NCBI RefSeq assembly: GCF_000018785.1
Contig: NC_010163.1
Location: 570,001 to 602,000 of the forward strand
From: Acholeplasma laidlawii PG-8A
GTDB taxonomy: Bacteria; Bacillota_I; Bacilli_A; Acholeplasmatales; Acholeplasmataceae
Direction of reading: 5' to 3'
DNA length: 32,000 nucleotides
In this document: in pieces, positions 9,553-20,273 of the stretch
Numbering within the stretch: position 1 is the stretch's first letter
Layout of the letters: each line of letters opens with the position of its first letter
The notes under the pieces: model-generated
The model's database searches: none
What the model saw: only the letters and a program-made list of their open reading frames with translations
What the model was told of the DNA's origin: nothing
Translations under genes and position numbers: made by a program

Positions 9553-10332
9553 ATGTTAATTAACCAGGTATTAATCTATTCAGAAAATCATAATGTTAAT
9601 AACCCCAAAGGTACTGTCATTTTTACACATGGCATTGCTTTACACTCTATCTACTATAGAAAAATGGCTGAACTACTTAATGAAGCTGGTTTTTCTGTTG
9701 TTTTGTATGATGTTAGAGGTCATGGTAAATCTCAAGGTAAAAGAGGAGATATTAAAAGTATTTACCAGTTTACTTCAGATTTATATGAACTTATAGAACA
9801 GACAAAAAAAGTCTATGATGCACCTATATACTTATTAGGCCACTCCATGGGTGGTATTATTACAAAAGTATATGCAACACTGTATGATAACTTTGAGGGA
9901 ACTATTATTATGTCTAGTCCTACAAGTGCACAAAGACTAGGTCTTGTGAGTTTACTCCCAAGTTTTTTATTTGGATCATTCAAAATTAATACAGATTTTA
10001 CGGATACAAGATTATCTCACTTTCCTCCATCAGATAATGTAGATCCGTATGCTTTAAAACATTTTACTTTTAGATTGATTATTCAAACCCTTAAAGTAGG
10101 TACTAAGCATATTGAAAAGCGAATTCAAGACTATAAGAAGCCTGTACTAATCTTACATGGTTCAGAAGATAAATTAGTAAGTCCTGAGATGTCAAAACAT
10201 TTCTTTGATAGTATTAAGCACAACGATAAAAAGTTAGCTATCATTGAAGGTGGTTATCATAATCTAAATTATGATACTGTGACTGAAAAAACGGTAGAAG
10301 AAATAGTTTCTTGGCTTAATCATCAAATTTAA
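9553..10332 (+). CDS. alpha/beta hydrolase (lysophospholipase / monoacylglycerol lipase-like)
   Basis: HG oxyanion motif (FTHGIALHS), nucleophile elbow GHSMGG, Asp (HGSEDKLV), His (GGYHNL). I prefer the ATG at 9553 (AAGGTGA RBS) over the GTG at 9544. Confidence 0.8.
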   Translation: MLINQVLIYSENHNVNNPKGTVIFTHGIALHSIYYRKMAELLNEAGFSVVLYDVRGHGKSQGKRGDIKSIYQFTSDLYELIEQTKKVYDAPIYLLGHSMGGIITKVYATLYDNFEGTIIMSSPTSAQRLGLVSLLPSFLFGSFKINTDFTDTRLSHFPPSDNVDPYALKHFTFRLIIQTLKVGTKHIEKRIQDYKKPVLILHGSEDKLVSPEMSKHFFDSIKHNDKKLAIIEGGYHNLNYDTVTEKTVEEIVSWLNHQI

Positions 10333-10346
10333 TTACACTGTTCGTG

Positions 10347-10378
10347 AAAAAGGTTCCGCATAAATGCGGAACCTTTTT
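10347..10378. terminator. bidirectional rho-independent terminator
   Basis: AAAAAGGTTCCGCA-TAAA-TGCGGAACCTTTTT: a perfect stem flanked by an A-run and a T-run. It sits between convergent genes and overlaps the stop codon of the MFS gene. Confidence 0.9.
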
Positions 10379-11613
10379 CATATATTAGAATTTATTGAAT
10401 TTTGAATAAAATCTTTTTTTCTATAGTGGTTACTTATGAAGATTAGAACTAAAGAAATGAGGAAGAATATAACGGATGTATCAAACAATAATCTCGGACT
10501 ATAATCATATAAGAATGCACCAAAGATTGGTCCGATGATGGTGCCTACTGAATAGAATGATTGTCTAATTCCTAATGTAGTAGCAACATTATGATTACCT
10601 GAAAATTTAGAAATATGGTCTTGTTCTAGCGGTGTAAAAATAGCCTTGATTGCAATATATGCCATATACATTGTATATAAAAGTATAAGGAATAGACTAC
10701 TGCTTGATCTAAATACTGTGAAGATTAATACTGCACTTATAATTTGAAATACACTAATTAACTTCAATCTATGTTTAATATTCATAAATAGTGGTACTAA
10801 TATGATGCCTGATAATAATGAAACCACACCGGCAATCATTTTAAAATTACCAAGTTCTTTTGCTAGAAAACCTAAATCTTTAAAATAAACATCTAAGTAT
10901 TTTTCTACATTGGTAGAAGCAATCGTTATAAGTGTTAAAGCAACCAAGAAGTATAAGAGTTCAGGCTTGATGTTACGAACTTCTTTAAAACCTTCCCAAA
11001 ACTGAACACGTTTTTTGTTTGGATCAACAATTGTCTTTTTAGGTTTAAACCATATAGCAATTAGTACTGCAAAGAAACCAACGCTAATACCTTGTAACAA
11101 AAATGCATTGAAAAATATGTCTGTTCTAAATGCTTTTATAAAAAATGAGTTGGTATGAATAAAACCACCTAAAAATTGACCAATTGCACCACCTAAACCA
11201 ACTGCAGCAGCACCAAAAGCAATGTTTTTAGCACGTTTATCTTTATCTGATGTAATAATCATTTCTCCAGTTAGGATAGTTAATGCTGAAGCCATACCAA
11301 ACCCACTGATTAATCTAAATGCACTTAAAGTCCACATATCAAATACATGCCCTAGACCAAATAAGATTTGCATCAAACAATAAATAAGAATACCGATTAT
11401 CAAACTTATCTTTTTCTTATTATGATCTGCTAAATTACCCCAAAATGGTCCACCAAACATCATCCCTAAATTCATAAATGAAAAGAAAAAACCAAACATA
11501 AAGTTCGGTACCCCAATAGCTTCAACATAGTAAGGCATCAGTGGATGGTGTAGGTTGGTTACAATACCTTGTACAAAATATATAATTAAATAGAACAACA
11601 TAAATTTTTTCAT
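10378..11613 (-). CDS. MFS transporter (about 12 TM)
   Basis: 411 aa and highly hydrophobic. MFS-like loop motif GNLADHNKKKISL after TM2, and a central basic loop (KPKKTIVDPNKKRVQ) between two 6-TM halves. Confidence 0.8.
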   Translation of the reverse strand: MKKFMLFYLIIYFVQGIVTNLHHPLMPYYVEAIGVPNFMFGFFFSFMNLGMMFGGPFWGNLADHNKKKISLIIGILIYCLMQILFGLGHVFDMWTLSAFRLISGFGMASALTILTGEMIITSDKDKRAKNIAFGAAAVGLGGAIGQFLGGFIHTNSFFIKAFRTDIFFNAFLLQGISVGFFAVLIAIWFKPKKTIVDPNKKRVQFWEGFKEVRNIKPELLYFLVALTLITIASTNVEKYLDVYFKDLGFLAKELGNFKMIAGVVSLLSGIILVPLFMNIKHRLKLISVFQIISAVLIFTVFRSSSSLFLILLYTMYMAYIAIKAIFTPLEQDHISKFSGNHNVATTLGIRQSFYSVGTIIGPIFGAFLYDYSPRLLFDTSVIFFLISLVLIFISNHYRKKDFIQNSINSNI

Positions 11614-11636
11614 ATATCTTCACACTCGCAAATGTC

Positions 11637-11645
11637 ATTATAGCA
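11637..11645 (-). promoter_or_regulatory. extended -10 promoter element of the MFS gene
   Basis: The minus strand reads TGCTATAAT about 25 nt upstream of the ATG. No good -35 box is present. Confidence 0.4.
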
Positions 11646-11671
11646 TAAGCTGTAAGCAGATAAAAATCATA

Positions 11672-11702
11672 AACAAAAAAGACATTTTTGAAATGTCTTT
11701 TA
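11672..11702 (-). terminator. rho-independent terminator after the PadR operon
   Basis: The minus strand reads AAAAGACATTT-CAA-AAATGTCTTTTTTGTTT, immediately after the stop codon at 11710-11712. Confidence 0.8.
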
Positions 11703-11709
11703 TGGTAAA

Positions 11710-12732
11710 TTATCGTTTAATATTGCGAGTTTTAAAGTATTTAATCCATCGTCTGAAGTATGAGATAAAACTCGTTAATAAGATGATACTAATTATAATA
11801 AATAAGATGATGTTTGCGATGTTTGTAATCGTAAGTAGGCTTGTTTCGAAGTAGTCTGCAAACATTACAAAGTTTTGAGGGAGTATGAGATTAGGTAGAA
11901 GTAATATGGTAACTAGGAATAAAGAACAGTAGAATTCTGAGATTGTACTAAATAATAAGGTGTAAAAGGACTCTTTGCCTTCATAAAATCTATAAAGGTA
12001 AGAAAGTATTGTAAGGATTGTTGAAGATATAATGAAGAAAGTAAATACACCTTTAAAGTCATTATTAAAGAACTGCGAAGTTTCACCGTTAATATGTAAG
12101 ACGAAGATATTTTCATAGTTAACAATAAATAAAGTACCAAATGTAATCATAAAGATAGAAACAAATATCAATTCAATTAAAATCTTTACTCTAGATTTTA
12201 AATGATCATCTGGTTCGAATTGAGGTACATCAGCTAAGTCTTTAACTTTCCAGTTATTTAATCTTGTATCTATCTTTTCTTTAATGCTTGGTATTTTATA
12301 GGACCAAAACGCGATAGTGATGATCGAAAATACACTAAATCCAAAAGATAAGACATTACCTGTCATATGTCCGATTAAGATTCCAACAATTGCACCTGGT
12401 TGGTTTACATCAAGTTCGGTTAGAGACGTTATAATTGCAGAAATTACTGCAAGTATCGTAGAGAATATAAGTGCTAGTTTTAAACTAAGTTTATAATCTT
12501 CATAAAATCTAGGTTCAACAACATGATTAGCACTTGAATGATATTGATATGCAACATCCATTGGATGACCTATCTTATGTAGAACCTCTTCAATATCGTC
12601 CTTAGTGTAATTCGGGTAACTTTGTAGCATATCCATAATGTTAGCCTCAAGTTCTTTTTTAATATCATCACGTTTTGCTTCTGGACAGCGGCGTGTGACA
12701 GAGTATATATATTTTTCGATCATTTTATCCAT
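11710..12732 (-). CDS. PadR-associated polytopic membrane protein with a DUF1700/HAAS-like N-terminal helical domain
   Basis: 340 aa. The N-terminus MDKMIEKYIYSVTRRCPEAKRDDIKKELEANIMDM matches the pattern (IxxYLxxVxxxLPxxxRxDIxxELxxHI) of sensor proteins encoded downstream of PadR regulators. About 6 TM helices follow. The start codon directly abuts the padR stop (TAG-ATG). Confidence 0.65.
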   Translation of the reverse strand: MDKMIEKYIYSVTRRCPEAKRDDIKKELEANIMDMLQSYPNYTKDDIEEVLHKIGHPMDVAYQYHSSANHVVEPRFYEDYKLSLKLALIFSTILAVISAIITSLTELDVNQPGAIVGILIGHMTGNVLSFGFSVFSIITIAFWSYKIPSIKEKIDTRLNNWKVKDLADVPQFEPDDHLKSRVKILIELIFVSIFMITFGTLFIVNYENIFVLHINGETSQFFNNDFKGVFTFFIISSTILTILSYLYRFYEGKESFYTLLFSTISEFYCSLFLVTILLLPNLILPQNFVMFADYFETSLLTITNIANIILFIIISIILLTSFISYFRRWIKYFKTRNIKR

Positions 12733-13065
12733 CTATTTAACCTCCTTAAATAAACTACTCATTTGTTTTTCGATTTGTAACCAAGCCTCTTTTAGGCTTT
12801 CTAAAACTTTGATACCTGTTGGATTGATCTTGTAGTACTTTCTTGGTCTGGATTCGGTTGTATCCCAAGTGGAATCAAGTAAGCCCTGTTCCTCTAGTCT
12901 GCGAAGTAAGGGATAAAGTGTCCCCGCTTCAATAGATACATTTTGAGATTCTAATTGTGCAAGTAAAGAATAACCATACTGACTTTCTTTTAATGCGCTT
13001 AATACGAATATAATTTGTGTACCTCGTTTTAACTCTGTAATTAGGTTGTTTATTATATTTTCCAT
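12733..13065 (-). CDS. PadR family transcriptional regulator
   Basis: 110 aa. Winged-helix signature GYSLLAQLES...IEAGTLYPLLRRLEEQGLLDSTWD...RPRKYYKINPTG. RBS GGGAG lies 6 nt upstream. Confidence 0.92.
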   Translation of the reverse strand: MENIINNLITELKRGTQIIFVLSALKESQYGYSLLAQLESQNVSIEAGTLYPLLRRLEEQGLLDSTWDTTESRPRKYYKINPTGIKVLESLKEAWLQIEKQMSSLFKEVK

Positions 13066-13086
13066 AATATGCTCCCTTCATTTTTA

Positions 13087-13116
13087 ATTATACTGTATGA
13101 CATACACTATTGTCAA
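13087..13116 (-). promoter_or_regulatory. padR promoter with a palindromic operator in the spacer
   Basis: The minus strand reads TTGACA(13116-13111)-18 nt-TATAAT(13092-13087). The spacer contains the perfect 13-bp palindrome TGTATG-N-CATACA (13094-13106). Confidence 0.7.
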
Positions 13117-13142
13117 ATAAATAACATTATAAAATACATTAT

Positions 13143-13171
13143 AAAAAAAGAGTTCCATACTAGGAACTCTT
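13143..13171 (-). terminator. rho-independent terminator of plsY
   Basis: The minus strand reads AGAGTTCC-TAGTAT-GGAACTCT followed by TTTTTTT, 10 nt after the plsY stop. Confidence 0.85.
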
Positions 13172-13180
13172 AAAGGTGCA

Positions 13181-13876
13181 TTATTTAGTGATATTTTGTA
13201 TCTTTTTTTGACCGATTTTATTTTCTGTACCATTCATTAATCTAATAAAGTTTTTCTTATGCATATATATTATAAGAAGAACGATAAGTGATATAGCTAC
13301 TAAATTAATGATTTGTGATTCATAAGATATCGTTAGATTTGGAACAGGAATCCATATTTCTTTGATTAGAACTCCAATCCACATCATCACTGCTACAGAA
13401 AATGATGCTACAACTGAACCGATTGAAACATATTTTGTTGAAAATGCGACTATAAAGAATAGTCCAATACCGCTTAACCCGATGATTGGGTTGATTGCGA
13501 TAACAGCACCTACGCCAGTTGCTACAGCCTTACCACCTTTAAATCCAATATAAATAGATTTAATGTGTCCAATTGCAGCCGCTGCTCCAAATACAATAGA
13601 GATATCGTAAGTATCTGAAATTAAAAATAATTCTGGCATACCTAACATATATCTAATGATAATGATTGGTAATGCCCCTTTGAAACAATCTAATAAAAAT
13701 GTAGGTATGCCATACTTAGCGCCCAACACACGTAATACGTTAGTTGATCCTACGTTTTTACTTCCATGTTCCCTAATATCAATGCCTTTAAATAACTTAG
13801 GTATAATATATCCAAACGGGATTGCACCAATTAAGTAAGAACATATTATAGCTATTATAATCCATAAAATTTGCAT
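13181..13876 (-). CDS. plsY: glycerol-3-phosphate acyltransferase PlsY
   Basis: Motifs GAIPFGYII, HGSKNVGSTNVLR, FKGGKAVATG, and a C-terminal KKNFIRLMNGTENK. The second ATG (13876) is preferred because the GAGGT RBS is only 2 nt from the first ATG (13882). Confidence 0.93.
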   Translation of the reverse strand: MQILWIIIAIICSYLIGAIPFGYIIPKLFKGIDIREHGSKNVGSTNVLRVLGAKYGIPTFLLDCFKGALPIIIIRYMLGMPELFLISDTYDISIVFGAAAAIGHIKSIYIGFKGGKAVATGVGAVIAINPIIGLSGIGLFFIVAFSTKYVSIGSVVASFSVAVMMWIGVLIKEIWIPVPNLTISYESQIINLVAISLIVLLIIYMHKKNFIRLMNGTENKIGQKKIQNITK

Positions 13877-13974
13877 ATTCATTTACCTCGAATAAGATTA
13901 TATCATAAAGGTATAAATAATGTATATAAATGTAAACAAAGCATAAATAGCAAAAAAAAGTAAAAAATGTAAAT

Positions 13975-14001
13975 TTAGCACATAAATCTTGACAGTGCTA
14001 T
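13975..14001 (+). promoter_or_regulatory. CIRCE-like element 1 (degenerate), overlapping the -35 box of the hrcA promoter
   Basis: TTAGCACAT-N9-CAGTGCTAT: 7/9 matches per arm to TTAGCACTC-N9-GAGTGCTAA, with correct 9-nt spacing. Confidence 0.6.
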
Positions 14002-14017
14002 TTTTTTATTATACAAT
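13989..14017 (+). promoter_or_regulatory. sigma-A type promoter of the hrcA-grpE-dnaK-dnaJ operon
   Basis: TTGACA (13989-13994), 17-nt spacer, TACAAT (14012-14017). Confidence 0.75.
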
Positions 14018-14021
14018 GATG

Positions 14022-14048
14022 TTGGCACTATGATAAAGCGAGTGCTAA
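14022..14048 (+). promoter_or_regulatory. CIRCE element 2 (HrcA operator) between the -10 box and the hrcA start
   Basis: TTGGCACTA-N9-GAGTGCTAA: 7/9 and 9/9 matches to consensus, with exact spacing. Confidence 0.88.
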
Positions 14049-14061
14049 AAGGGTGGTAAGC

Positions 14062-15090
14062 ATGATATCGTCAAGACAAAAACTCATCTTAAAAGCAATC
14101 ATTGATATGTATTCTGAAAAGGGTGAACCGGTAGGTTCTAAAGCCTTAATGGCGCTTCCATACTTAAATTACTCATCAGCTACATTAAGATATGATATGG
14201 CAGTTTTAGAAGAACTAGGTTTTCTCGAGAAGATGCATACTTCATCAGGTAGAGTACCTTCTGAACGTGGTTATCGTTACTATATTGAACATTTAGTGAC
14301 AAGGGATAATGATGTGACAGAAGTATTTCCTTTAATCGATGAAGTTTTTAGTAAAAAAGCACTTGGTCGTGAACACACGATTAAAGAAGCATTAAAGTTA
14401 CTAACCGATCTTACAAGCTACACAGCTGTTGCAGTAGGACCAGATATCTTACAATCTCATATTAAGCGTATTGAAATGGTACCACTTGGTTTAAAAGATG
14501 CAGTCATGTTAATTGTAACCGACACAGGGCACGTACAACATCAACAAATTCATATATCAGATGATATGAGAATGGATGATATTAAGGAAGTTATACATAC
14601 ACTGGATGACTTACTTAAGAATAGAACACTAGAAGATGCACTTAAGGTACTCAAAGAGGAATATGCAATTTCTGAACTGAATCAATTTATGAGCTATCAA
14701 AGTCAAATCATTGATTCATTCATTGAAGCATTTTCTAAATTTGCATCAGATTCCTTCTATTTAAGTGGTATGACGAATGCTTTTGAACAACCAGAATTTA
14801 ATGATGTTTCTCATATGAAACGATTTATAGATATGATGGATCGTCGTGAAATTGTGAAGTTGATTGGAACTGCTGAAGGCATATCAGTAAGATTTGGGTC
14901 AGATATGGAAATCAAACCCTTAAATCAAATGACAATCATTTCTATACCTTATCAAATAGATTCAAAACAAAAAGGAACGATTGCACTTGTAGGACCTTCA
15001 AGAATGTCTTATCAAAAGGTAATCCCCTTGTTAGAGTACATTGCAGCAAATCTAGCAAAACTATATAAAGACAATAATAAGGAGACTTAG
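14062..15090 (+). CDS. hrcA: heat-inducible transcription repressor HrcA
   Basis: N-terminal winged helix (SSRQKLILKAIIDMYSEKGEPVGSKAL...LRYDMAVLEELGFLEKMHTSSGRVPSERGYRYY). The ATG at 14062 (RBS AAAGGGTGG) is preferred over the GTG at 14053. Confidence 0.95.
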   Translation: MISSRQKLILKAIIDMYSEKGEPVGSKALMALPYLNYSSATLRYDMAVLEELGFLEKMHTSSGRVPSERGYRYYIEHLVTRDNDVTEVFPLIDEVFSKKALGREHTIKEALKLLTDLTSYTAVAVGPDILQSHIKRIEMVPLGLKDAVMLIVTDTGHVQHQQIHISDDMRMDDIKEVIHTLDDLLKNRTLEDALKVLKEEYAISELNQFMSYQSQIIDSFIEAFSKFASDSFYLSGMTNAFEQPEFNDVSHMKRFIDMMDRREIVKLIGTAEGISVRFGSDMEIKPLNQMTIISIPYQIDSKQKGTIALVGPSRMSYQKVIPLLEYIAANLAKLYKDNNKET

Positions 15091-15093
15091 AAG

Positions 15094-17482
<2,389 letters not shown>

Positions 17483-17492
17483 AAACTATGAC

Positions 17493-17522
17493 AAATAGGA
17501 AAGTATAAACACTTTCCTATTT
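17493..17522 (+). other. dnaK-dnaJ intergenic stem-loop (no T-run)
   Basis: Perfect 12-bp stem AAATAGGAAAGT / ACTTTCCTATTT with loop ATAAAC, followed by GACTAAC rather than a U-tract. Confidence 0.6.
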
Positions 17523-17546
17523 GACTAACATAAGGAAGCGATAATT

Positions 17547-18656
17547 ATGGCAAAAAGAGATTATTATGATGTGCTAGGTATATCAAAAAGTGCATCTCAA
17601 GACGAAATTAAAAAAGCTTACAGAAGTTTAGCTAAAAAATATCACCCTGACGTTTCAAAGGAAAAAGATGCTGAAACAAAATTTAAAGAAGTTCAAGAAG
17701 CCTATGATGTCTTAAATGATTCAAATAAAAAAGCACAATACGATAGATTTGGTCATGCTGGTACTGGACAAGATCCATTTGGTGGTGCTGGTGGTGGTTT
17801 TGGCGGATTTGGTGGCTTTGATGACATTATTAGCCAATTCTTTGGTGGTGGACAAACACGTAGAACACGTCAAACATCAAATGTTGGTGAAGACTTAAAT
17901 ATGCGTATGACCATCGATTTTATGGAAGCAGTTTTAGGTACAACAAAAAATGTTTCTGTAGATATCACTCAAGATTGTGGTCACTGTCATGGCTCTGGTG
18001 CAGAAAGTTCAAAAGACGTTCATACCTGTAGCAAATGTCATGGTCAAGGATTTATTAACGTAGACCAACGTACCATGTTTGGTACAATGAGAAGTCAACA
18101 AGTATGTCCACAATGTCAAGGTGAAGGGCAAACAATTGATAACAAATGTCATGTTTGTTCCGGTGCTGGACGTGTTAAGGCTAAAAAGACAGTGGATGTG
18201 AAAGTACCTGCTGGTGTCGATAATGAAATGACATTACGCGTACCAGGTTATGGTAATGGTGGTAGAAAAGGTGCTGAATCAGGTGACCTATACATCACAT
18301 TTAGAGTGAAACCACATAAAATATTTAAACGTCGTGGTTCAGATATCATTTTAGATGTACCTATTACATTTACGCAAGCTGCACTTGGAGACAAAATTGA
18401 TATACCAACTATTTATGGTGAAGTAGAGTTAACCATACCTGCAGGTATTCAATCTGGTACTGAACTTAAATTAAAAAATAAGGGAACAAAAGATCCAAGA
18501 ACTGGTAAGACAGGTGATCAACATGTTATCGTCAATATTGAGACACCTAAAAACTTATCTAGTGAGGAAAAGAAATTATTTGAACAGTTAAGTAAACTGG
18601 ATTCCCCAAGAAAGAAATCTGGTTGGGATAAATTCAAATCATTCTTTACAAATTAA
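17547..18656 (+). CDS. dnaJ: molecular chaperone DnaJ (Hsp40, type I)
   Basis: J-domain with the HPD motif (KKYHPDVSK), a G/F-rich linker, and four CxxCxGxG repeats (CGHCHGSG, CSKCHGQG, CPQCQGEG, CHVCSGAG). Confidence 0.98.
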   Translation: MAKRDYYDVLGISKSASQDEIKKAYRSLAKKYHPDVSKEKDAETKFKEVQEAYDVLNDSNKKAQYDRFGHAGTGQDPFGGAGGGFGGFGGFDDIISQFFGGGQTRRTRQTSNVGEDLNMRMTIDFMEAVLGTTKNVSVDITQDCGHCHGSGAESSKDVHTCSKCHGQGFINVDQRTMFGTMRSQQVCPQCQGEGQTIDNKCHVCSGAGRVKAKKTVDVKVPAGVDNEMTLRVPGYGNGGRKGAESGDLYITFRVKPHKIFKRRGSDIILDVPITFTQAALGDKIDIPTIYGEVELTIPAGIQSGTELKLKNKGTKDPRTGKTGDQHVIVNIETPKNLSSEEKKLFEQLSKLDSPRKKSGWDKFKSFFTN

Positions 18657-18680
18657 GAGGATTTTTCCTCTTTTTGTTTT
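18656..18680 (+). terminator. rho-independent terminator of the dnaK operon
   Basis: AGAGGA-TTTT-TCCTCT followed by TTTTGTTTT, starting at the dnaJ stop codon. Confidence 0.75.
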
Positions 18681-18708
18681 ATAATGGATAAAGGAAGGAA
18701 GTGGCAAT

Positions 18709-19707
18709 ATGATACTTATAAAACATCATAATGAAGGTAATTTAGAACCATACTTTTATTTTGCATTAGAAAAATATGTATTAGAACATTTACTTAAAGA
18801 CAATGAAACCTATTTCTTCACCTGGAGAATAAAAGGCATTGTTTCAGGTAAGAACCAAGTCATTGAAAATGAAATTAATATTCCCTATGTCAAAGAACAT
18901 AATGTGAAATTCTTTAGAAGACCCACTGGTGGCGGATCTGTCTATGCAGATGAAAATAACACCATGTTTACAATTATTACCAAAAGAAGTGGACAAAACT
19001 TCTCATTTAAAAACTACTTAGTCAAAATCACTGATGCATTTAAAAAACTAGGTGTTAATCTAGATTTTAGTGGTAGAAATGATATCTTATTAGATGGTAA
19101 AAAGGTATCTGGTAATGCATTCTTACAAAACAAGTATGGTATGTTAATGCATGGAACTATGATGTATGATTTAGATATTGAAACGATGGTGCGTGCATTA
19201 AATCCACCGGATGAGAAACTTATTTCTAAAGGTATTGCAAGTGTAAGAAGTCGTGTAAACAATCTAAAACCTTATTTAAATGGAATGAGTCATGATGAAT
19301 TAGTTAGTTATCTTGAAACAGAACTAACAAGCAGTGTTTATGAAATCAATCAAGAAGAAGTAGAACAACTTAAAAAAGATGCTAAATTTTATGCAAGTTC
19401 AGAATGGCTATACCGTTCTCAACCAGAATATACTCAAAAGCTATCTAAACGATTTGATTGGGGACATATCGATATGCGTTTTAACATCAAATCAGGTATG
19501 ATTCAAAACGTAGATATCACTGGAGATTTCTTTGAGCTCAAAGAAGATTTAAAATCCCTTGAAAAACCATTATTAAACCAAGTTTGGAGCTATGCATCCA
19601 TTAAAGAAATTTTAAACAGTATCGAAGTAGATAAGATCATTTTAAACGCTACAAATGAAGATATCTTAGCACTCTTTGATAATGCTTTTATAGAGACAAA
19701 TAACTAA
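18709..19707 (+). CDS. lplA: lipoate--protein ligase
   Basis: 332 aa. Motifs RRPTGGGSVYADENNTMFTII and the catalytic-lysine region GKKVSGNAF. RBS AAGGAAGGAAG. Confidence 0.88.
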   Translation: MILIKHHNEGNLEPYFYFALEKYVLEHLLKDNETYFFTWRIKGIVSGKNQVIENEINIPYVKEHNVKFFRRPTGGGSVYADENNTMFTIITKRSGQNFSFKNYLVKITDAFKKLGVNLDFSGRNDILLDGKKVSGNAFLQNKYGMLMHGTMMYDLDIETMVRALNPPDEKLISKGIASVRSRVNNLKPYLNGMSHDELVSYLETELTSSVYEINQEEVEQLKKDAKFYASSEWLYRSQPEYTQKLSKRFDWGHIDMRFNIKSGMIQNVDITGDFFELKEDLKSLEKPLLNQVWSYASIKEILNSIEVDKIILNATNEDILALFDNAFIETNN

Positions 19708-19774
19708 AAGATAGTTCATAGGTCAATTGGTTATAACATAATTACAATTTTTGTGATAAAATGGCTCAAACTAA

Positions 19775-19803
19775 TTGACTTATGAAGGGTTATTTAATAT
19801 AAT
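19775..19803 (+). promoter_or_regulatory. sigma-A type promoter of yceD-rpmF
   Basis: TTGACT (19775-19780), 17-nt spacer, TATAAT (19798-19803). Confidence 0.65.
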
Positions 19804-19825
19804 TAACCAGGTTGAGGTGATATGT

Positions 19826-20260
19826 ATGAAAATAGAAACTAAACTACTTGAATCTAAAACCTTAATTGATAATCCAATCGACTTGAATTACCTTATCAAT
19901 GATGCAGCTGATATCATTTCATTAAATGATGTCAATGTTAAAGGCACAATCTATCGTAAGTATGATGAAGTCACATTTAATTTAACCGTTACACTTGATG
20001 TGGTACAAAAATGTACATATACACTAAAGCCTGTAACATACCCTTTAACATTTGATACAGAAATACTCTTTTCAAATGATTTAGAAACCTATGATTATGT
20101 ACCAACAGACATCATAGACTTGGATGAAGTCATCTTTGCAGAAATACTTTTACACAAAGAAGTAAATGTGTATCATGAATCAGCAAACCCTAGTGACTTT
20201 CAAGACCCCAAGGAAACCCATCCAGCTTTTAAGAGTTTAAAAGAAAAATATAAAGATTAG
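19826..20260 (+). CDS. yceD: YceD/DUF177 family protein (large-subunit rRNA accumulation protein)
   Basis: About 144 aa from the ATG at 19826 (GAGGTGA RBS). The ORF-track TTG start at 19775 coincides with the -35 box. It lies immediately upstream of rpmF, the conserved DUF177 context, and has an acidic C-terminus. Confidence 0.78.
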   Translation: MKIETKLLESKTLIDNPIDLNYLINDAADIISLNDVNVKGTIYRKYDEVTFNLTVTLDVVQKCTYTLKPVTYPLTFDTEILFSNDLETYDYVPTDIIDLDEVIFAEILLHKEVNVYHESANPSDFQDPKETHPAFKSLKEKYKD

Positions 20261-20273
20261 GAGGTGAATAAAC

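Noticed and set aside
9593-9796. A plus-strand 67-aa ORF lies in an alternative frame within the alpha/beta hydrolase gene.
   Set aside because: It is fully nested out of frame in a CDS with clear catalytic motifs, and it has no RBS.
11913-13838. Small ORFs at 11913-12140(-), 12638-12835(+), 13362-13553(+) and 13656-13838(+) overlap the PadR partner gene, padR and plsY.
   Set aside because: They are alternative-frame or antisense ORFs within hydrophobic membrane-protein genes. No independent expression signals are present.
17716-17898. A plus-strand 60-aa ORF overlaps the G/F-rich region of dnaJ.
   Set aside because: It is out of frame inside dnaJ. It is an artefact of the repetitive GGT-rich sequence.
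19719-19780. An imperfect inverted repeat GTCAATTGG ... CTAATTGAC lies downstream of lplA.
   Set aside because: The match is 8/9 with a spacer of about 45 nt and no T-run. The right arm is simply the -35 region of the yceD promoter. The evidence is not sufficient to call a terminator or an operator.
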